Assembly (NCBI GenBank): GCA_030141605.1
Contig: JAQGDQ010000204.1
Coordinates: 124,001 to 188,000 of the forward strand
DNA from: Tubiluchus corallicola
Lineage: Eukaryota; Animalia; Priapulida
DNA length: 64,000 nucleotides
Direction: 5' to 3'
Shown: positions 24,338 to 35,700 of the stretch, piece after piece
How positions within the stretch are numbered: position 1 is the first letter of the stretch
Layout of the letters: every line of letters starts with the position of its first letter
Notes under the pieces: model-generated
Seen by the model: only the letters and a program-made list of their open reading frames with translations
The model's database searches: none
What the model was told of the DNA's origin: nothing
Position numbers and translations under genes: made by a program

Positions 24338-27300
24338 ATGACGTCTACTCAGACGCAGGTGGAATCTCAAGACTCTCAGCCAACATCAGATATAGCTGTT
24401 CTCTTTGAGAAATCAAAACCAACTTCGGAGTTTGCTCAAGATGGCTCCCCTGATTCTAGTGCTGAGTCACCGACGCCCAACGTACATTTCTTGCATCATA
24501 ATGGTGGAAAAGATATGCCTACTCAAAGATTATTAGATCGAGTGAGTTTTATTTTTCACTATAATTTTCATTTATAATGTGAAAATTTTCAAATTTTGAA
24601 TAATTTAATTGATATTAGTATTTGGAAAGCATTATTTTTTGCAACGAACAGCAGCTTCAGCTAGTAATGTAACTATTATTTATTTATGTTTTAAAAATAA
24701 ACATTTAGTTAATATAAAGATGGTAGATATTTATGTTAATAACAAGAGAAAGCAAGTTAAGTAATCCTGGGCTTGGATAGCAACGAATGGGTTACTGCTG
24801 GCAAAAATGGTCTGATTGGTTTTACCTACCTTAATGCCCTATCTATTTTGCTTATTGTATGCATGTACTTACACATATCTAAAATACCTCTGCCAGCCAG
24901 TGTGTCTCATCTTAGAGGTTTCCTTGAAAATGAAGTAGGACAACTAGTATTCTCTGACTTAAGCGCTGGATATTGGCTTGTAGTGTGCCTATTGAAATGA
25001 AGCAAGTTAGAGTTTTATATAAAAAAAGGTATGCAGATTTCTGTTATGTGTTAGTTTAAGATTTGTGTTGCTATATGATGTAATATTTGCAGATTGATAT
25101 TCACTAATCATACTAGCTATATTTGAGTGCATTATTTTTAACCACGGTATTTTTTAATTTCTGAGGAATAAAATCAGTATTTAAGTAAAAACTGTTATCA
25201 ATTTATTTTTCTTATTTTCTTTTTAAAGTTTATGGAATCATATTTAGGTAAATTGTAGAAAAATATTTTTACTTGTTAAAGATAAATTAAACTGAAAATG
25301 TTTAATTCCTTTAAAAATCTACCAAGCGGCCTACTTAGTGATGAGGAATTTTAATTGCGACTTCTAGCATTTGAAGTTTTAGTTATGATGTGAAATTAAT
25401 TATGGTTTTGTTTCTTTTTTTAGTTTTACATGGTGCAGAAATTAAGTCCACCACGAGAGTTAAAACTGAAACTTTTTGTAGCTTTTCTGTTTATTGTCAT
25501 CGTCGTGGGTTTTAGTGTAATCGTGCACTTTTACAAGAAGGAAGAGCTGGAGGCTGACATAGGGAAGATGCTGCACTTTTTTGAAGGTTCGCGTGAGCTG
25601 CATGTTGACTATGGTAGCCTAAAGGATCGTCTTGTTGGTTCTCTAGGCTCACTTCTTCCATTAGGTGCTCATCCTTATAACTGCTTGGGAATTGGCATGT
25701 CTAGCGCTTCAGAGCTCTGCCTTGATTGGAAAAATGAGGCAAAATTAATGATTATGTACAGACAGATAAATGATGTCAGTTGTTATGATGTGTCTTGGAC
25801 TGGAGTGGATAAGGACACGGTGCTGAAAGATTGTTACTCGTTGTCTGCTGCACACTGGTACGGCAGTGGGCTAGTACGCAACCAGCTGTACCCCATTGAA
25901 AAGTGGTCTAGGCCGATGGAAGCTTACATTAACGGTGACATTCATAAACAAGAATATGGTGGTATTCTTGAAAGGTATTGGTTATCTTCAAAAGGAGTTA
26001 CGATAACTGTGGAAGAAGCCATACCATTGTTTGTTAGTGTTAATAGTTCTGGAGACAACCAGTTGTGTTTAGTGTCATCTGCCAGAAATGGCACCTATTC
26101 AAATCCAAGCAACGCAAGAACAAAGTTGAATTACACTATCTGCACAGCACCAGACATCAACACAGCTCATAATTATTACTTGCAGACAGTTTCTGTGTTG
26201 GGTTGTATTAAAGATGATCTGATCACCAAGGTATCATGGTATATAAATGAGAATCTCAATCAGAGTTCAGTTGAGAACTTTGTCAGGCTGGTTCGCACAC
26301 ACAACCTAGCCGGAGGCTTCCTCATTCTTAATGGTGCTTGGGAATCTCATCCTGGGGATCTGGCCTTTGATGCACAGCGGTTTCCTAGGCCACACGAGAT
26401 GATGAACATTGTGAGAGAAAATGGTTTAAAGTTCGCATTGAAGATGCATCCTTTTAGCAATACTGACTCAGTTTCATTCTTGGAAATGGCATCAAACTTT
26501 TACAGTGTTATGGATGGCAGTAACAAAGTTCCAGGACTGACAAACTGGCAACAGGGATTAGCTGCCGTGCTAGACGTGACAAATACAGATGCACGGATGT
26601 GGTTTCTCAGTAGAGCCAGACAACTGCAGAAACGTTTTGCTGTTGATGGGTTCAGCATGCTAGGTGGTGAAATAAGTTCACTGCCTTTTATGTACAGTGT
26701 AAAGAATCCTGCAGAGTCTACAGTTGGTTACATCTTAGATTACCTGAATCTCATAAATAAATTAGCAGCTGGGGATGAGCAGTCTACTGACTGTACTGCA
26801 TACTTACCCATTACAGATGTTACTGTTGCAGCCAAAACACAAGGATTTCCAATACCACTTAATCCTGGTACACTCAGTTTTTCATGGGGACATGACAATG
26901 GCTTGCGTTCTGTTATTCCTAGAGTTATAACCATGGGGATTCTGGGATATCCTCTATCCATGGCTCCTCTTCTATACAAACTGGAGTCAGGACAATTACC
27001 TGATCCGGAACTGTACATACGCTGGATTCAGTTAGCTGTATGTATGCCAGTGGTGCAGATAGGCATACCACCATGGGAATATTCAAACACAGATGTTCAT
27101 GCAGCTGCGAGCATTGCATTTCAGTTTCGGGAGATGGTCATCGTCCCAATTCTAATTGATCTGCTGGAGATAATGAAAAGCAGTAATGTGCCGGTCATAC
27201 GCCCTCTGTGGTGGGACTACCCAGATGACGAACACGCCCTGAATGATAATTCACAGTTTTTAGTGGGTAACTCATTGCTTGTAACACCTGTACTAATGCC

Positions 27301-27442
27301 AGCTTCGTCATATAGAGATGTCTATTTGCCTCGTGGAAAATGGCAGGACAGTATAGAAAATAGAATCACAGAAGGGCCAACATTGGTGAAAAATCACAAA
27401 GCACCTTTAACTGAAGTTCTTTATTTTAGAAAAGCCTCATAA
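24338..27442 (+). CDS. Myogenesis-regulating glycosidase-like / SITS-binding protein-like GH31 type II membrane protein, about 740 aa, probably catalytically inactive
   Basis: Exon 24338-24541 (donor GTGAGT) splices in phase 0 to 25424-27442 (FYMVQKL...). It has a single N-terminal TM segment (LFVAFLFIVIVVGFSVIV) and GH31/MYORG motifs YGGILERYWLSSKG, FDAQRFP, GLRSVIP..GILGYP, PDPELYIRW, PVIRPLWW, QFLVG..LLVTPV and RDVYLPRGKW. Confidence 0.9.
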
Positions 27443-30400
27443 GCTTGGTTTATGTAGTCTAGTTGGTGATATACCTGGTAATACTCATCAATTAATCTGA
27501 ATTTCAGCAAGTTGAATATGTGCAAAATATACTTTAAGCTTTATCTCTTTTATTTACATTATTCTATTGTTTTTTTGACTAATGAATCTGGGCAAATTTC
27601 CTATTTTGTTATGAATAAATTCAGTGTTTCAAGACCTGTCTGCATCCGTTCTTGAAATCATTACTGGATTTGTCAATTATCTCAGTGCAAGCTGATGACT
27701 CACTACCTCAGAAGATCAATTTATAATGAAGGAAACCTTGAGGTTTTGTGCACTGTGCTGAGATAATTTATGAAATCTTGCAGCTGTTTTTTTCTGGAAG
27801 CATAATTAATTATACTTGTTGACTCACTGCTATACTAACTCATTGTTTTCCTGTTATACTGCCTGGTTTTAGCCCCTGATGATCTCCAGGTGACCTCTGA
27901 TCGTGTGTGTGAATGATGGATTGTTCTGCATTCTGATAATACTTCTTTTATATATGTTATACATGTGCAGGGTTGTTACATTTTAAACTGGATGACCTTT
28001 AACTCGGATAATCTGTGTCATGGTGTGACACTCTCTGTATCTTTTGAAGTCACTAACTGCTTAACAAAATAAGCCCATCGATTCAATACTACTTGGCCCT
28101 GCTTAACCTTCGTCTTTTTATGCACTTTTATGTTGCTGACATTAAGTTAACTTTGACTTCAGTTTGACTCGGTTTCCCAACATTCTCTGTTTGACAGTAA
28201 TACATGATACAATATCAGTGATAATTCATTTTTAAATAGATAACCATTAATCAGATAATTTGTGACATCTAATGCTGTGAGCGGAGTGATCTTTTCTCTC
28301 GGGTAATCATCTACTCAGCAAAGTTAACCTACAGACTCACTGCTACAGCTTAAATATTGTCTTCTTGCATGTTTTTTGTTATGACCTTTTACTGTCTTTT
28401 GTTGCCCTTATCATGTCGGGAGTTTTGTCCTTGCTGAACGTTTTTTTAACGACTTTGACTGAAAACCATAAATTTTTCATCAAATCAACACTTTGAACCA
28501 AATACTGCTTTATACGCATGAAATATAGTCTGGGTACACTGATTTGTCCTTATAATATGCTTTTTAACGTAGCCTATAATTCAGTCAAATACAAGTTTAA
28601 TTAAGGGCATAGAACTTATTTCAACTTTGGCACTTCTGTTGAGTGATAAGTATTACAGTAATGGACATTTTACCTCATACAGACGACTCTTTTGTTGGAA
28701 CAGCAATAGTGGAAACACATCCATTAATTGTGAACATGATTGCATGATTGTTCCTATGTTATTATCTCATATACTAAATCTCACCCGATTGGTGAATTTT
28801 ACTATATCTGTTTTAGCCACCATAAATGCTAACGTAAGGGTCTCTTGTTTTTTTATTTATCATTAAATAAAACCATCATTATTTTTGTGTCACTTGTTCG
28901 TATAATAACTCAGTTATTTTTCTTGTTTATTTGTTCTTTACCTTTAAATATATTTTTGACACCCATTGCTGTTTGAAGAAATTGCAATAACCGGCCAAGT
29001 CAAAGCAATTGAATGAAGATTTTGTTGCTTGCAATTATTTATTGGCCTTAATAGTTTTGCTGCCATTTTTTACTATGCACAATACTTTTTTATATTGTGT
29101 GTTTTAAGTCACTGTATTAATGCAATACATTTTGTAAATCAAAGGTCGTATGTGACAAAATATCGATTTGTTGCGCAAAATTATTGATGACATTACACAA
29201 ATTATACATATTATGACAATATACATTTACACGAATTCACGTATAAATGCTGTCGATAATTTTGTCATTTATGTAATTTGATTCCTTAATGTTATTATGC
29301 AAATATTATTCATTTGCATATACACTTACACGTATTTCAAAACCTGTCTTATGTCTCAATGATTACCCATCTGTTGAGTCACTCAGAATCAAAATGGCTA
29401 CAGGAGCTTAACCGTTTACATAAGCAATAAGCCATTGCATTGATTATTAACTTATCACTCAATTTGCCAAGTTAATTAGTTGAGTTCTTATCAGCTGCAC
29501 ACTTAATTGCAAACTGTACACTTAATTGCAGTGTTGTTCTTTTTAGTGTGCTGCCTTGTAGATTGTATGACTCATGTACATCAAATTCAGTCATAGAGAT
29601 ATGTTAATTTACACAAATATTTAGTTACAATATTTAAAAAACAGAATCGGTATGTTTAATATGTTTATTTATTTTTAAATAAATAATTATATGAGTGCCT
29701 TTTTAACACATAAATCTATATAGGCCATGTTTGAATTTGACATTAATTTTGCTGGCCGTAAACTTGACACACTGTAGCATTAATAGTGTGATGCATACAA
29801 TGTTTTTATAAAGATAATTAAATCTATACAATTTCTAAGAGTGTAATAAATAGTGAGCTATAAATTGTTAGTACTCTGTTGTTAAATTTTATAGATAGTT
29901 TTTAGAAAAAAAATTGCAATGTAAATTGAGACATTAGCATGTTAGGTGGTATTGATATTTTCGTATGATACGATTTGTATCCTTGATTGGCTGAGCACAC
30001 GTAAAAGTTACTAGTTGTATCATTTTTAAGATTTTAATCGATCAACTCTGTTACTGTTAATCAATAAATTTTAAGCGTTATAAGATTGAAATCAAATTGT
30101 TATGATTAAATTTTACATCTATTTTTCACAAGTTAATTTGCGTATATATTGTTAGCACCTCATAATGCTATTATTAACATGACCAAAGTTCGAATAATTA
30201 TAAAACTTGAGCTAACCCAGGTTAAATTCTTCTCTGACAATAATTTTGAGGTAATACAATTACTGTAAAAAATATGCTCATGCTTTATGTTAGTTACTCG
30301 CTTACTGAGTTTTGTACCCAACTGTCTGGAGATGTCATTTGGAATGTCATTTATTGTACCGTTTTTCGTAATCGTCGCAATATAAATTTGACAAAAACGT

Positions 30401-30717
30401 ATTACATGATCAGCATCCATCCAGTACAGGACCAAAATCGAGGCAAAATGGACCATTTTATAAAGTTACTTCACAAGCGAGTAACCCAAAAATGAAGCAT
30501 ACTGTGGCATATTAACGGGTTTGAGTCCATTGAATAAGATGTAAGACACCTGAATGGTCACAGTTTGTATTTGTCCCTGCGTTAGGCAATGGCAAACATT
30601 ATTAGTAAGTAGATGGGTGACCACTCGAGAAAGAGAATGTACTGCACTATTTTGAAAAGTAGGTTAACTGACAGAATGTTTACGAAAGTGGGACGAATGT
30701 GATCTATATGACATTAA

Positions 30718-31312
30718 AGGAAATTCGTACCCAATCTTGAATTGTAGATAAAAATAATCTACTTTTTAAAATATTGAAAGGGAACACATCATTTTTCAAG
30801 AATCACTTACGTGAAGGAATTATTCCCACACGCAATTTCGCTTGCGCGTCACCACTTCTTCGCTGTTACATGCATTTCGTTATTCGTTAGTTAGACGGGC
30901 ATTAGCACTTGCATTTCGGAAACACGCACATAAAACAGGTGCTGTACCTCTCAGGTCAGAGGTGTTCGTTTGTAACGTAGTACACACGTTCGACATCTCA
31001 TACGTGAGCACAGCGTATCTCTTATAATTTTTATCTTAAAACTTGCCGAGTTTTAGTACAACGCGTTGAATCTCTTACAGTAGCACCGTACTCCAATCTT
31101 TGCTTTGGCAAACACGTTCATGGTATGTTTGTGCTGCTGAAAATTATATTCATTTGTGATGTCTTCAATAGTTGGGCTCACCCGCCGTTAATTAAAATTT
31201 TAATTTATGATTTAATTATCGGAGACGTTTTTGCAGTATTATTGGCGTTAAAATGTGTACTTGTACCGTACTTGAAAATGGCGCAGGATATGAAAAATCA
31301 TCCTATCCTTCT
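30718..31312. mobile_element. Non-autonomous TTAA-target DNA transposon (Kolobok-like ends), about 595 bp
   Basis: Flanked by TTAA at 30714-30717 and 31313-31316, with 5'-AG...CT-3' termini. It interrupts one copy of a local tandem repeat; the other copy (about 31338-31380) shows the empty site TATTAAACAACATG. Confidence 0.65.
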
Positions 31313-32794
31313 TTAAACAACATGGCAGAAAAACATGCGAAAGTGGGACGAATATGCTCTATATGATATTAAACAACATGCAAGAAAGGACTACTAGTAA
31401 ACTAAGGCGTAAAAGTGCATGTTTAAGCAAATACTGATTAATGTGAATCGAACAGATACATATGCACTTTGAAACCAACACACGAAAAGAGAAATAATAT
31501 CGAGTGTTTACCAACTTCCTCTAAATTTGCCCCAGAGTGGCTGGGCAATAAAACCTAGGAGGAAAGGAGCATGTCTGACTTTATCTAGCATTCACGACAT
31601 CACCGAAAAATTGCTTAGCATCCTTAATTCCAATTCACAACGGCTTATCCCGCCTACTTAACAAGTTGTATGAGTTTCTGAGAAAAGCCGTGTTTTATTA
31701 TACTCTATATTGTTTCATTAGCTTAAAGACTGATGTACTACTGTAAAGTTCAAAACTAAGTAGAGAAAAATAATTGTTGATTCGCTCCATGACATGATAA
31801 GAATTATTAACTGAACAGCAGCGAATAGTCATCATTCGAATCTATTCCAGTTATACCTATGATACATCAAAGTCCAATAAGACTTTGTCACTAATTGTCA
31901 ATAAGAAATGAAAGTAAATATTTTTGTCAGCGGACGCTAGAAAATAGAAGCCTATTTTTGAGCGTTTGGCGTCTAGCGTCTATTCCTCACCTACCACTGG
32001 CGACTGGGTCTGTGCTCACGTTGTCTATGCCGGTAAATTATGCCAATAAGAAACGAAAAAATGAAATGCAGCAGAACAAAATACAATTATGAAAAAGTAA
32101 TATCAAGAAAATTTTATTTGTTCTCAAAAAAGACCTATTGGCTAATGTTTATTGGATTAGCTATGTCGCCACACTTACTTAACCTAAAAGGGAGAGTTAT
32201 TTATTTATCACTTCAAACTTCAAAAGAAATAAAACCGCCATATAGGCTGAATAAAAGCGTTTGTTTACATCATGATTTTCAGCCTGTTTCACTAACCCAA
32301 TAAATCTTTTAAGTTTCTGCCTGGAGCTGCCCGTATGTTTGAAACTAGGAAATAAGAACCTCATCCATGAGAAAGGAAAATATTTACTGTTCCGTTACAA
32401 AGGTAAATACATACGGGTATGCAAAAATGTACCAGTATATAAGTCCGCAATAAACACAATTAATACAAATACACTAAAAGTCTATGTACATGTGATAGTT
32501 TGTAAGGCTGAACTTTCAATTTCATGTAGTTTTTGAAAAGGGAATAATGATGAGGTTAGCGTCTCTGAAAACAATGGAATTTTTTTACCAGCTTTCAAAT
32601 ATTTTAATATTTCAAATTTTCTTAATATTTTACATGTAGCTGTTATTAATGTAGTTAATAGCAACGCACTATATTCACGCAGCAATGATACACGTAATTA
32701 TTATGATGTAATAATTATAATAATTATAATTAATATTTTGTTTAATTTTATTATGTTTATGACTTTTTGTAGCATCTTTGTTTATATTTTTCAG

Positions 32795-35700
32795 GCAAAT
32801 ATCTTTCATTGTAATTGTGTTGCTGCTTATGCAAAATACAGGTGAGATGAAGAACAATTATTCTTCTACCCATATTTATTTTTTTCTAATGACGCATCGA
32901 TTTACAAACTTTTATTGTGATCGAGGTAATCAAAGCCATGTTAATAAAGGGCAAGAAAATACACCTGTTTAATAAAGGGCAAGAAAAGACTATTCTTACA
33001 TAAAGTTAAAATTGGTCATGAAATTTTGTATCACGTCTGCATGCTGTTTTACTGTCAAAAACGGAGCTTTTGTTGGCAGTACGGCGGCGTTGATTTGTAA
33101 ACTTAAACTCTCACGCTGACAGGTGCTACCATTTTAAGGAAGACGTTCTTTAAGAAATTGAAACAAGTTCAGATAACATTGCGAAAAGTCCGTCCACACT
33201 TCGCTCACTAAACAAAAGTACAACTTACTTTATCTTACCAGTAAGGTCAATAAAATTATTAGCATGTTTTTTAAAGAACCAGTGACTTTGAATAAGCACA
33301 CTGAGACAGTGAGCAAGTGACGTTATACTATTTTATATTGTTAAAGAAATTTTTAAGAGTTTCCTTTCTAATTACGTAAGTCTTTCAGACAAGTAAATGT
33401 AATGCTAATCTAGCTTTATATGGAAAGACATACTTTAAAATTCTCTTTTCTTTTCCTTTAAAAAAGTAGATGTGCTTGTTGGGGTAAAGAAATATGCGGA
33501 ACATTAAGGGATGGAAAATCTGAGGTTGTTCCGCCCTTTGAATACCTACAACTGATCATTTCCGTTACGAAACCCGCAGGTCCTTGCTTAGTGTGTCCAT
33601 ACTCTCTATCTAATGCAGGTCAGTTCAGGGTATTGTAAGATGGCGACCAAGTGGCTTTTATCTTACCGTTAACCAAAAGGCCACGATGCGGGCAAAGAAA
33701 TTTTTCAGTAGCTTTTTGAAAACTAATTCGCAAAAGTGCCTCCCTGACTGATTTGGTGAACAATCGACACTGCCTCAATATATAAAGCAACATAGACTAG
33801 TCGCGGGTAAGCAATCGACGCTTCCTCAATACTTGAAGCAACACACTGTGGGTAAACGATGGACGCTACTTCAATATATGAAGCAACATAGATTAGTCTG
33901 TTTGTAAATGATCGATGTTGCCTCAATGCATGAAGCAAAACAGACTTTCGGTTGATCCATGAACGTTGCTGAAATTGCAAGTGCTTTAGTCCAATAGACG
34001 TTGAAGAAAAAGGTAACGAAAGGCGAGGTATGAGCGCCAAATTTGCGGTTACAGAGGAATTCCAAACATCCCACTTAAAGTCCTTCTGGGAATACGGTTT
34101 TCAAAACAGTGTTTTATAAATTTGAAACCTAACTCATTATAAACCTGACTCAAGGTTTAACAATTTTATGATCTTTACACGCAGTTTACTTGTTATAATG
34201 ACATTTTCTTCTATAGCATCAAGCGGGCATTACAAGCTTCATACACATACGAAATCAAACGCAAGAACTGTGGAGAGAGTGAAGAGAAATGCAGCAGAAA
34301 TGAACGTAAATGAGGTGTAAGTAAAGTTTTACTTTTTTGGTTTTTGACACCTAGATTTGCATAACATTAAGGTTTAATAGCTTGGTGTTATCAGTGAAAC
34401 CTTCGCTTTCAGGGGTAAGTATTGAAGGTTTTAGCAATTATAGCGGTAGTCAAGTCGTATTAAAGCGTGATCAGCCAACAGGGGCTTCCTTAATATCGAA
34501 TTTCTAAAGCAGGTTTAGTTTCAAAGAAATTTTGAGCTGCTAATTATTAAGAGCGAAATAAAAACAAGAAAAATAGCGACGCAGCTCGCCGGTAGCAAAA
34601 TATTATTACCAGTTATTCAAAGCCTTTATTCAGATAAACCCCAAGAATTTAAATTTGATTAAAGCTATAGAAATGGCTAAACAGTCTGCTGAAAAAACTA
34701 ATCAGTTAAAGCCACAACAAATTCTCAGGATTAGTCTCGGGATGCATTAGGTTAGAAAAGAATCGACTATTTAAGCATGCCTGCCTTATAAAAGCAATTA
34801 TTTGTTTCTAGTGATGCAGGACTGGCTCATCGGCCACCGCCGCCGCCGCCGCCACCGCCACCACCACCACCGCCACCTCCGCCGCCACCAAATGGATTAG
34901 ACAAATGCCTTACTATTTCTGAACCATGTCAGCCATACGGCTCCGAAAGATTCAGAAGATATGATGGTTCATGTAACAACTTTCAACATCCAGGATGGGG
35001 AGCTGCCGGTACGCACCTGCGCAGAATGTTACCTGCTAGCTACTCTGACTCAGGTAATCCCTTACCATGTTGATAATCTAGCACCTGTGTAGTTCAAATA
35101 TTTCGCTTTGGTGCAAGTAACTTTTTAAAGAGAGTTTTATCTGTTTGTTGACAACTAATCCGGTGTCTCTGATTTCAGTTGAAGCGCCAAGACGTCCAAC
35201 CAACCCTAGTGCAACCACTATCCCAAATGCTCGCATGATCAGTAACATAGTTCACAAAAATCTTTCGCCAGTAGTCAAAGAACAGGATTTTACCCTGATG
35301 CTAATGCAATGGGGACAGTTCTTGGATCATGATATCGCTCTGACACCAGTTATAGATGACCACTTAGGTAATTAATCGGTACATTAAGTAACCAAGTTGA
35401 CAGGTTTGCAATATACGTATATCACTGAGGCTATACACTGCTCTCTTATACCTTCGATTTTTGGTCTTTTATTTTCCAAGACTACAGTTTGATGAAATAT
35501 GAACTTACATGAAGTGGCATTCACTACGTATGGAACATTTAGAGATGCTACAATTTTGAATATTAATATAACTGGCAGATCTATTAATAGTTTAACAATA
35601 TTATCATAATTAATAGTGCTAGTACAAATGCTAATAATAATCGTTAACGGCTATTGTGACGCTGACATTTATGGTAATGATGACAATGCGGATAACATTT

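Noticed and set aside
30601-30645. 5S rRNA-like TTAGTA...GATGGGTGACC (also GGATGGGAGACCG near 47571)
   Set aside because: Only a short box-C-like match; the rest of 5S is missing, so it is at most a SINE remnant.
34634-34750. Possible extra peroxidase exon
   Set aside because: It has a stop in the required phase, and exons 34217-34316 and 34812-35053 already join in frame.
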